The notes below the pieces were generated by a model. It did no database searches. It was not told the DNA's origin and saw only the letters and a list, made by a program, of their open reading frames with translations. Position numbers and translations under genes: made by a program. This document shows, in pieces, positions 24,713 to 32,000 of a DNA stretch of 32,000 bases. The DNA comes from Bacillus subtilis subsp. subtilis str. 168 (GTDB taxonomy: Bacteria > Bacillota > Bacilli > Bacillales > Bacillaceae), in NCBI RefSeq assembly GCF_000009045.1, contig NC_000964.3, forward strand, positions 540,001-572,000, given 5' to 3'. Position 1 is the first letter of the stretch. Every line of letters starts with the position of its first letter.

Positions 24713-26101
24713 ATGCCTATCAATTCTTTTGAAAATTATCCGATGAGCTGGAAGCCATCGATTGATAAAGCTGAAAAGCCTATTTATAAAGCACTTGCAG
24801 GGCAATTGGAACAGGATATTTTAAACGGAGTTTTATTACCTGGAACAAAACTTCCTCCACAGCGAGAATTGGCCGATTATCTAGATTTAAATGTGAGTAC
24901 GATTTCAAAAGCATTTAAAGTGTGTGAGTTAAAAGGGCTGCTGAGTGCGACTGTAGGGAGCGGCACATTTGTATCGTATGATGCGTTGTCGAATGCGTAT
25001 TTACTTGAGGATACTAAGCCGACACATTTAATTGAAATGGGAGCAATACTTCCAGATCACGCTTCATATGAGCCCTTGTTATACCAACTGAAAAACATGG
25101 TTCATGAGGAGGATTATGAAAAATGGTTTAGCTATGGCCGGGCAGGTGAAAGCCTTTGGCAAAAAGATGCAGCTGTAAAGCTCATCCAAAGAGGCGGATT
25201 TGAAACATCCGTTGATCACATTTTATTTGCAAATGGAGGGCAAAATGCGATTGCAGCGACATTGGCGAGTCTTTGTAAGCCTGGAGATCGCATCGGAGTT
25301 GACCATCATACGTACCCTGGATTAAAAACTGTTGCATCATTGCTTAGTGTGCAAATCGTACCGATAAAATCAGAAAACGATGAAATGAGTCCGGAGTCAC
25401 TTGAATATGCGTGTAAAAACGAAAATATTAAAGGTTTGTATTTAATCCCGGATTATCATAATCCGACGACTTCCTTTATGTCTGTTGAGAATCGAAGAAT
25501 GGTTGCAGACATTGTAAAGAAATATAATCTGTTTGTTATTGAGGATGCATCGTACCATCTTCTCAACAAAAATCCGCTTCCGGCACTCGCCTCATTCGCA
25601 CCGCAACAGGTTATTCATATTGCAAGTTTATCAAAATCGTTAGCGCCAGGCCTGCGTTTGGCTTATGTAGCAGTGCCGAGACAATATAAGGAGCCAATAT
25701 CAAAGGCGCTTTATAATTTAAATATAACTGTTTCCCCGCTATTAGCTGAACTTACTGCTCGCACGATTGTATCAAATCAATTTGAAGTCTTAATTGAGAG
25801 TCATCGTGAACAAACCATTCGCAGAAATCAACTCGTAAACCGATATGTTGCGGGATATACATGTTTAGGTGTTGAAACAGGCATTTTTCGTTGGTTGTTG
25901 TTACCGGGTAAAATGTCTGGTGCCGAATTTGAAGAATTGGCTGCTCGACTTGGCGTGCAAGTGTATGCGGCTGAACGCTTTGTAGTGGGAAATAGTTGTC
26001 CTGAAAGGGCTGTAAGGGTTTCTGTCTGTGCACCAAAAACACTTGAAGAGCTTGAACAAGGATTAATGATCCTGAGACGTTTGCTAGACGATCTTACCTA
26101 A
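24713..26101 (+). CDS. ydeF: MocR/GntR-family regulator: a winged HTH fused to a PLP aminotransferase-like domain (462 aa).
   Basis: The GntR HTH is LPPQRELADYLDLNVSTISKAFKVCELKGLL. The fold-type-I-like body has the SLSK lysine motif (IASLSKSLAPGLR). ATG 24713 has better SD spacing than 24704. Confidence 0.92.
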   Translation: MPINSFENYPMSWKPSIDKAEKPIYKALAGQLEQDILNGVLLPGTKLPPQRELADYLDLNVSTISKAFKVCELKGLLSATVGSGTFVSYDALSNAYLLEDTKPTHLIEMGAILPDHASYEPLLYQLKNMVHEEDYEKWFSYGRAGESLWQKDAAVKLIQRGGFETSVDHILFANGGQNAIAATLASLCKPGDRIGVDHHTYPGLKTVASLLSVQIVPIKSENDEMSPESLEYACKNENIKGLYLIPDYHNPTTSFMSVENRRMVADIVKKYNLFVIEDASYHLLNKNPLPALASFAPQQVIHIASLSKSLAPGLRLAYVAVPRQYKEPISKALYNLNITVSPLLAELTARTIVSNQFEVLIESHREQTIRRNQLVNRYVAGYTCLGVETGIFRWLLLPGKMSGAEFEELAARLGVQVYAAERFVVGNSCPERAVRVSVCAPKTLEELEQGLMILRRLLDDLT

Positions 26102-26109
26102 TATTGTTT

Positions 26110-26141
26110 GCCATACAATTATGACATTGTATGGCTTTTTT
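26110..26141 (+). terminator. Intrinsic terminator after ydeF.
   Basis: GCCATACAAT (26110-26119) pairs with ATTGTATGGC (26126-26135), followed by TTTTTT. Confidence 0.85.
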
Positions 26142-26210
26142 GTGCGTGTTATGATGATCCACATCTAGAGGGAGGTTTATACAAAATTGGCTTTTAGAAA
26201 GGAAGGTCAG

Positions 26211-27503
26211 ATGATGTTAGACAAGGACAGCGTAAAAGCAATAGATGTTCAAACTGCTTCATTACAGAGCTACATCAGTTCACCAGAAAAACAAAAATCG
26301 TTATACAAGCGTACACTATTCGTTGTGAGTATCTCACAAATTTTTGGCGGTGCGGGGCTGGCGGCAGGAGTGACTGTCGGTGCGCTTATTGCACAGCAAA
26401 TGCTTGGCACTGATGCGTTTGCTGGTTTGCCTTCTGCTTTATTTACTTTAGGGTCAGCAGGATCTGCATTAATTGTTGGAAGACTTTCTCAACGTTATGG
26501 CCGTCGAACAGGTCTTTCAGCTGGCTTTATGATTGGCGGACTTGGAGCAATAGGCGTTATTATGGCAGCAATCATAAATAGTATTTTCTTGTTATTTATT
26601 TCGTTGCTTATTTACGGTGCAGGTACAGCCACTAATTTACAGGCCCGTTATGCAGGTACAGACTTAGCAAATCATAAGCAGCGAGCGACTGCTGTTAGTA
26701 TAACCATGGTTTTTACTACATTTGGCGCAGTGGCAGGTCCAAGCTTAGTGAATGTGATGGGGGATTTCGCTCTTTCTATTGGTGTTCCATCACTTGCTGG
26801 CCCTTTCATTTTAGCCGCAGCAGCATATATGTTAGCAGGTGTGGTCCTTTTCATTATGCTTCGTCCAGATCCATTAGTTATAGCAAGAACAATAGAAGCG
26901 GCAAATGAAGAGCCTGGTGATAAAGGACATTTGGCGGCAACTGAGCATACAGAAAACAAAAAAGGGATAATCGTTGGGGCAACGGTTATGGTTCTTACCC
27001 AAATAGTAATGGTAGCTATTATGACAATGACACCGGTTCATATGAGACATCATGGGCATGACTTGGGTGCAGTCGGTCTTGTTATTGGTTTTCATATAGG
27101 TGCTATGTATCTCCCTTCACTTGTTACAGGTGTTCTTGTAGATAGGTTGGGACGTACCGCAATGGCTATTTCCTCTGGAACAACGTTGCTTTTGGCAGGT
27201 GTAATAGCAGCATTTGCTCCGGGAGAATCTATGATTCTTCTCGTCATTGCTCTTTCTTTACTGGGATTAGGGTGGAATTTTGGTTTGATAAGCGGGACTG
27301 CCCTTATTGTAGATTCAACTGATACTGCCACACGAGCTAAAACGCAGGGGACAGTGGATGTTCTGATTGCGTTGTCAGGAGCTGCTGGCGGAGCATTATC
27401 TGGAATGATTGTGGCAGGTTCAAGTTACCTCGCATTATCACTTATTGGAGGGATTTTGTCCTTATTACTCATTCCGGTGGTGGTATGGTCTAGGGGCCGC
27501 TAA
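26211..27503 (+). CDS. ydeG: MFS transporter (430 aa), paralogue of yddS.
   Basis: ATG 26211 lies behind GAAAGGAAGG. An alternative TTG at 26187 lies behind GGGAGG. The protein is colinear with YddS along its whole length. Confidence 0.92.
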   Translation: MMLDKDSVKAIDVQTASLQSYISSPEKQKSLYKRTLFVVSISQIFGGAGLAAGVTVGALIAQQMLGTDAFAGLPSALFTLGSAGSALIVGRLSQRYGRRTGLSAGFMIGGLGAIGVIMAAIINSIFLLFISLLIYGAGTATNLQARYAGTDLANHKQRATAVSITMVFTTFGAVAGPSLVNVMGDFALSIGVPSLAGPFILAAAAYMLAGVVLFIMLRPDPLVIARTIEAANEEPGDKGHLAATEHTENKKGIIVGATVMVLTQIVMVAIMTMTPVHMRHHGHDLGAVGLVIGFHIGAMYLPSLVTGVLVDRLGRTAMAISSGTTLLLAGVIAAFAPGESMILLVIALSLLGLGWNFGLISGTALIVDSTDTATRAKTQGTVDVLIALSGAAGGALSGMIVAGSSYLALSLIGGILSLLLIPVVVWSRGR

Positions 27504-27661
27504 AGGGTAGGATTGTTTAATTTACATTAATTTGTTATATTGTTAGATAAAGTATATTGCAGCATCTAATATTCTAACGAACTATAGTTGCTCCATTAAA
27601 TCTATTATAAAGATTTGACCAGGATTCCTTATAGCTGTGTCACTCACTGCATATTCTTTAA

Positions 27662-28108
27662 TTGAATCACATAAAATGGTTATCGGATTTGAAAAAGGCA
27701 GGATTACTCGCTTTAGGTAAAGGAGTCATAACGTTGTTAAAAAGGTTTTCTCTTGTTATTGTTACACTAATGATGTCTATCGTTGTTGTTTTAGCGGCTG
27801 CTAAAGAGTCGCCTGGAGATCATGTCATCTCATTTGATGAACCTATTATCTTGATGATCTCAATTGGAATCGTTGTATTTTTATTGATCCCTCCATTAGT
27901 CATGTCCTTTTTTGGCAATTTGGTTGTAAGAATAATATCTGGTGTATACCAATGTTTTATCGTTTTCACTTTTCTGGGGCTCATTCCAATTGGATTTCTT
28001 ATTCCCAATGGCTTTTTGACAATTCTAGTTTCTATTGCAGGAACTTTAGTCAGTATAGCTAGTGTTGCCGTAACCTTATGCATTGGCAAGAATAAAAAAG
28101 ATATATAA
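27662..28108 (+). CDS. ydeH: Small polytopic membrane protein. The start is uncertain.
   Basis: The track TTG at 27662 has no SD. The in-frame TTG at 27734 lies 8 nt after AAAGGAG and gives the N-terminus (M)LKRFSLVIVTLMMSIVVVLAAA. There are four hydrophobic segments. Confidence 0.75.
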   Translation: MNHIKWLSDLKKAGLLALGKGVITLLKRFSLVIVTLMMSIVVVLAAAKESPGDHVISFDEPIILMISIGIVVFLLIPPLVMSFFGNLVVRIISGVYQCFIVFTFLGLIPIGFLIPNGFLTILVSIAGTLVSIASVAVTLCIGKNKKDI

Positions 28109-28155
28109 TCATCGAATTGTTATTTTTTCAGATTGTCAGTGAAATAATTATACAA

Positions 28156-28187
28156 AAAGAGAAGGCTTGTGGGCCTTCTTTTTTTGT
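28156..28187 (+). terminator. Intrinsic terminator after ydeH.
   Basis: AGAAGGC (28160-28166) pairs with GCCTTCT (28173-28179), followed by TTTTTTT. Confidence 0.7.
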
Positions 28188-28344
28188 TGTTGCATCATCC
28201 CCACTTTGAGCTTAATCTATTGAATAATAAGAGAAGGAACCTATAGAAGAATAAAATAAATACCGAGATGTCAAAAATAAAACTGGACTTCATTATTGTG
28301 AATTCACGTAAATGTAAAAAGATTGGAAAGAGGGGAATTCCTTC

Positions 28345-28938
28345 ATGACAAATAGCAGAACAAATCCGAAGGTTGATGAATTTTTAAGTAAAGCGAAAAA
28401 GTGGAAGGAAGAATTTGAGAAGTTGAGAACCATCATTCTTGACTGTGAGCTGACTGAAGATTTTAAGTGGATGCATCCTTGTTACACATATCATAATAAA
28501 AATATTGTTTTAATACATGGGTTTAAAGAATATTGCGCGCTTCTGTTCCACAAAGGCGTCTTATTACAGGATACAGATGGAATTCTCATTCAACAAACGG
28601 AGAATGTACAGGCGGCGCGCCAGATTCGGTTTACAAATGTTCAGGAAATAAATGAGCTAGAAAACATTTTGAAAGCCTATATTCACGAAGCCATTGAAGT
28701 TGAAAAAGCCGGTTTGAAAGTGGATGTTAACAAAAATATTGAATTGAACATTCCTGAAGAACTTCAAAATAAATTCGATGAAATCCCTGCATTGAAAATT
28801 GCTTTTGAAGCTTTGACCCCGGGACGGCAAAGAGCGTACACTCTTTATTTTTCTCAAGCCAAACAATCCAAAACCCGAGAATCGAGAGTCGAAAAATATG
28901 TGCAAAAAATTCTCGATGGAAAGGGATTAAAGGATTAG
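28345..28938 (+). CDS. ydeI: Cytoplasmic protein of the YdeI/DUF1801-type family (197 aa); function unknown.
   Basis: SD AGAGGGGA. It is a clean ORF with its own terminator. The family assignment is from memory of the 168 annotation, not from a motif. Confidence 0.8.
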   Translation: MTNSRTNPKVDEFLSKAKKWKEEFEKLRTIILDCELTEDFKWMHPCYTYHNKNIVLIHGFKEYCALLFHKGVLLQDTDGILIQQTENVQAARQIRFTNVQEINELENILKAYIHEAIEVEKAGLKVDVNKNIELNIPEELQNKFDEIPALKIAFEALTPGRQRAYTLYFSQAKQSKTRESRVEKYVQKILDGKGLKD

Positions 28939-29000
28939 GCACGCCAAGGTTCAGGCTAAAGGAATAGCATCATAGCGTAATAAGATCATTTCTATAGAAG

Positions 29001-29034
29001 AAAAACAAGCATAGTAAGATGCTTGTTTTTTCTT
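29001..29034 (+). terminator. Intrinsic terminator after ydeI.
   Basis: AAAAACAAGCAT (29001-29012) pairs with ATGCTTGTTTTT (29019-29030), followed by TCTT. Confidence 0.8.
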
Positions 29035-29289
29035 AGGACAACATTCACTTACTGCTGAAATGCTTCTAACATTGTATGCCACTAGACAGCGTTATAAAAT
29101 ATTAATGCAACACCTAGAAATCTATCCAATGAAATAGCTCAATGGTATGGCTCATTACATTTAGAATGCCTAGGAGAACTAATAGAACCGGAAGATTTTT
29201 AGCAAGTTACTACACTCCAAACTTTGTTTTTGTATTAATATACCTTATTAACCATTGTTTTTAGTCAGGTGCAGACAAACGAATACTGA

Positions 29290-29949
29290 TTAATGAATCA
29301 TCATGATATCAATGAGCCGCTTGATTTTTTCATCGTCGCCTGTATCAACGTACACTGTTTTTCTGTTTTTTATGATACTCTCAGTCACTTCCCGCATGAC
29401 GCCTTTTTCTATATCATCAGCGGAATCCCAGCGTAAAGGCACATTATATACATGAATTGTGCCATCCCCATTGCCATGATAAGTGACTGATCCATCCACT
29501 AAACGAGAACCTGCCAACTGGGTCACATTTTCTGGATAGCTGGCACTTGTATCATCATTAGGATTAATTGGCTCGCCAGCCGCAATATGTCGAACATTTA
29601 ATTCATCTATCTCTTGATTAGGTCCAAGTTGAAGCCAAACTCTGGCATATTCAATTTTTTCCGAAGAGTATGCTGCCAATACATTGTCTTCTTTGCTTTT
29701 CTCTTCTGCTGAAGAGGTATCATTTGCAGCTTTTGTTGCGGATTCTTCTGATTCTGTTATTGGCTCCGCTTCATCCTTGCGTATTTTGGTGCTCTCTTCA
29801 GGCTCAGTGTGTTTTTCGTCAGTTTGCACAGCAGAAGCTTGATTTGAAGGTTGTTGTGCTTCTCCATCCTTACTGTCCGTACATCCAGCAAGCAAAATCA
29901 TAAGCAGCAGGGCAGTATTGCAATAACATATCTTTCTGCGTTTCTTCAT
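29290..29949 (-). CDS. ydeJ: Lipoprotein with an acidic low-complexity linker (219 aa).
   Basis: The signal peptide and lipobox are MKKRRKICYCNTALLLMILLAGC-TD. This is followed by an E/S/T/K-rich linker and then a globular C-terminal domain. Confidence 0.85.
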   Translation of the reverse strand: MKKRRKICYCNTALLLMILLAGCTDSKDGEAQQPSNQASAVQTDEKHTEPEESTKIRKDEAEPITESEESATKAANDTSSAEEKSKEDNVLAAYSSEKIEYARVWLQLGPNQEIDELNVRHIAAGEPINPNDDTSASYPENVTQLAGSRLVDGSVTYHGNGDGTIHVYNVPLRWDSADDIEKGVMREVTESIIKNRKTVYVDTGDDEKIKRLIDIMMIH

Positions 29950-30261
29950 TTTTTCATTCCTCTCTATTAATTCAGGTCAGCTTCATATATAAGTTTATGT
30001 ATCTAAATATTACCATGGAATAGATAGGATGATATTGAAAACTGTTTAAGAAGAGGAAACGATCTTGAATAGCATCGCGAAAACCTAAGAATCTTAAGAA
30101 GTTTTGCCCCTTTTTCTTCAGGTATTGAATGTAAAGTGGGATATAAATGCAAACAAAAACGAAATGCCTTATCCACCTCGTGTCATGGCAGAAAAAGTGG
30201 GGGATTTATTAGAGCGGATTTGATAATGGCGGCAGGTAAATGGGTGTTGACTTATATGTCT

Positions 30262-30294
30262 AAGCGGGAGACTCAAGTCTGCTCGATCGCATAC
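30262..30294 (+). repeat. Second, more degenerate copy of the tRNA-Leu 3' end / att core (copy C).
   Basis: CGGGAGACTCAAGTCTGCTCGATCGCATA compared with attR GTGGAGGTTCAAGTCCTCTCGGCCGCATC gives 20 of 29 matching positions by hand. TGGGTG upstream (30241-30246) echoes the variable-arm TGGGTG at 9890-9895. Confidence 0.5.
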
Positions 30295-30327
30295 AAAATA
30301 CCAAGGGCCAGCAACCCTTGGTATTTT
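30295..30327. terminator. Perfect 13-bp bidirectional terminator downstream of ydeK, third member of the AATACCAAGGG hairpin family.
   Basis: AAAATACCAAGGG (30295-30307) pairs with CCCTTGGTATTTT (30315-30327). Confidence 0.8.
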
Positions 30328-30370
30328 TATACCTTCATGCATTTTTGAAGTTTATGCTTAAAGGTCTGCC

Positions 30371-31234
30371 TTACTTTGCAAATCGCCGAGCTGCTGCAAC
30401 GCACATGATAACGGCGATATTCACTGCTACGAGTGCCCAGCCCACTTTCTCGTGCAGAATCACTGAGGCAAGCAGCAGTCCAAAAAAAGGCTGGAGAAGC
30501 TGGAGCTGCCCAACCGCTGCAATTCCCCCTTGGGCAAGACCTCGATACCAGAACACGAAGCCAATCAGCATGCTGAATAAGGATACATATGCAAGACTGA
30601 GCAGTGCGGGAACGCCGATCGCCGACCATGAGTCCGGCGTAAAAAAGAACGACAATGGCAGCATAAGAGGAAGCGACAGAACGAGTGCCCATGAGATCAC
30701 CTGCCAATTCCCCAGACGCCGTGAAAGTTTGGCCCCTTCTGCATAACCAAGACCGCATACGACAATAGAAGCCAGCATGTACGCGTCGCCAAGCGGGGAT
30801 GAACCTCCCCCCTGAATGAGGGCGAAACCTGCTACTAACAAGCTGCCGGCAGCTGAGAAAATCCAGAAGACGGGGCGAGGGCGTTCACCCCCGCGCAGTA
30901 CGCCGAAGACTGCCGTTGCGAGTGGAAGAAGTCCAATGAAGACAATGGCGTGTGCGGATGTGACATGCTGAAGCGCTAAAGCTGTCAGCAACGGGAAACC
31001 AATCACTACGCCGAACGCTACCACTAACAATGAAATGAGATCTCTTTTGGCAGGATGCTGCTGCCGGAAGATGAGAAGGAGACCTCCCGCCAGTACACCA
31101 GCTATCGCAGCACGGCAAACTGTGAGAAATAACGGATCGAAGTCTGACACAGCCAAACGGGTCGCAGGCAGCGAGCCGCTGAAAATGAGTACGCCTATAA
31201 AACCATTTATCCAGCCATTTGTTGTTTTGTTCAT
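30371..31234 (-). CDS. ydeK: EamA/DMT-family transporter (287 aa), GC-rich relative to the rest of the window.
   Basis: ATG 31234 (MNKTTNGWINGFIGVLIF) lies 8 nt after GGAG. There are ten hydrophobic segments. It is divergent from ydeL. Confidence 0.9.
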   Translation of the reverse strand: MNKTTNGWINGFIGVLIFSGSLPATRLAVSDFDPLFLTVCRAAIAGVLAGGLLLIFRQQHPAKRDLISLLVVAFGVVIGFPLLTALALQHVTSAHAIVFIGLLPLATAVFGVLRGGERPRPVFWIFSAAGSLLVAGFALIQGGGSSPLGDAYMLASIVVCGLGYAEGAKLSRRLGNWQVISWALVLSLPLMLPLSFFFTPDSWSAIGVPALLSLAYVSLFSMLIGFVFWYRGLAQGGIAAVGQLQLLQPFFGLLLASVILHEKVGWALVAVNIAVIMCVAAARRFAK

Positions 31235-31388
31235 TATAATCACTCCACATATCTTTCTTGTTCATTGTCTGTATTTTCTTAACAAAACCAGCAGCTAAGG
31301 ATTACAATGACTATAAACTGGAATTGGCCTTTTATAAACAGCCAGTTTTCATAAAAAAATGCATACCAGTTAGGAGAACAACGCGCAA

Positions 31389-32000
31389 ATGGATATCACG
31401 CCTTTTTTGAATAGAACTCTGGATATTCCGCTTTATCAGCAGCTTTATCGGTATTTTAAAGAAAATATGCATCGGGGCCGTATTCAAAAAGGAATGAAGC
31501 TTCCTTCAAAAAGACTCCTGGCGAATCAGCTTTCCATCAGCCAAACGACTGTAGAACGTGCCTATGAACAGCTCGCTGCTGAAGGTTATATTGTGAGCAA
31601 GCCAAGAAGCGGGTGGTTTGCTGATTATCATGATTCTGATTTTGCTTATGATAGAATGCCAAGCACAACACCCATTCAACAAGAAGCAGAAGAAAATAAA
31701 CAATGGATTGATTTTCATTATGGGAATGTAGATTCTTCTTACTTCCCTTTTTCCGCATGGCGAAAAAGCATGGTCAATAGCTTAGACCAATATGGACACG
31801 AGCTTTATCGGCCGGGACATGTTTTAGGAGAGTTTGAGCTGAGAACACTCATTGCAGAGTACCTGTATCAATCTCGGGGGGTTCATTGCGGCCCTGAACA
31901 AGTGATTATAGGTGCCGGGAACCCTATTCTGCTGCAAATCTTGTGCCAAGTTTTTGAGCCGAATATTTCTATAGGGTATGAGGATCCTGGTTATCCAAGA
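31389..32000 (+). CDS. ydeL: MocR/GntR-family regulator, N-terminal 204 codons. It runs off the window and is therefore absent from the ORF track.
   Basis: ATG 31389 lies after AGGAG. The translation MDITPFLNRTLDIPLYQQLYRYFKENMHRGRIQKGMKLPSKRLLANQLSISQTTVERAYEQLAAEGYIVSKPRSGWF contains the GntR winged HTH and then an aminotransferase-like region. There is no stop to position 32000. Confidence 0.9.
   Translation, partial: MDITPFLNRTLDIPLYQQLYRYFKENMHRGRIQKGMKLPSKRLLANQLSISQTTVERAYEQLAAEGYIVSKPRSGWFADYHDSDFAYDRMPSTTPIQQEAEENKQWIDFHYGNVDSSYFPFSAWRKSMVNSLDQYGHELYRPGHVLGEFELRTLIAEYLYQSRGVHCGPEQVIIGAGNPILLQILCQVFEPNISIGYEDPGYPR

Noticed and set aside
30136-30348. 70-aa plus-strand ORF between ydeJ and ydeK.
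   Set aside because: It spans the tRNA-like scar and the 13-bp terminator hairpin and has no SD. I also tried to fold 30180-30294 as a full pseudo-tRNA and found no acceptor 5' strand or D-arm.
30318-31298. Long ORFs 30318..30746 (+), 30327..30758 (-), 30885..31265 (-) and 31035..31298 (+).
   Set aside because: They overlap ydeK in other frames or on the other strand. Long shadows are expected in this GC-richer gene. Only the 30371..31234 frame gives a coherent ten-TM EamA protein.
31506-31758. Minus-strand ORFs 31506..31718 and 31537..31758.
   Set aside because: They are antisense to the clear MocR/GntR reading frame of ydeL, which runs off the window.
1-32000. Search for CRISPR arrays, rRNA, IS elements or transposases, and integrase or recombinase genes.
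   Set aside because: I saw no regularly spaced direct repeats, no rRNA-like sequence and no DDE, tyrosine or serine recombinase ORF. The ICE integrase lies at the other end of the element, outside this window.

Overview
I recognise this window as the Bacillus subtilis 168-type trnS-leu2 locus. That call rests on recall of diagnostic proteins such as CspC, the PhrI precursor ending in DRVGA, and the CwlT, ConG and RapI architectures; no search was run.

Positions 1-9932 are the right arm of the conjugative element ICEBs1. It holds the 3' part of conE (a VirB4-like ATPase), yddF, conG (VirB6-like), cwlT (a two-domain wall hydrolase), yddI and the exclusion lipoprotein gene yddJ. An AT-rich cargo module follows: a minus-strand TIR-domain gene (yddK/spbK), the rapI-phrI quorum-sensing cassette and the uncharacterised membrane/coiled-coil gene yddM. 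The element ends at attR, which is the 3' end of a tRNA-Leu gene plus its terminator.

Positions 9933-30330 are a mosaic accessory region running from yddN to ydeJ. It is rich in paralogous regulators (three Lrp/AsnC, two AraC, two MocR/GntR) and exporters (two MFS, three EamA), and it also carries cspC. It contains decay products: an Lrp pseudogene, two rap(-phr) remnants and a truncated EamA gene. It also contains two degenerate extra copies of the unit 'tRNA-Leu 3' end plus AATACCAAGGG terminator hairpin', at about 23.5 kb and about 30.3 kb. I read these as scars of older integration events at the same tRNA site. To the right of the last scar, ydeK and ydeL are visibly more GC-rich.

I saw no rRNA, intact tRNA, CRISPR array or transposase. 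The most system-like element is the stand-alone TIR defence gene and its neighbour yddM. As far as I recall, the TIR gene has already been described in the literature as SpbK; yddM has not been characterised.
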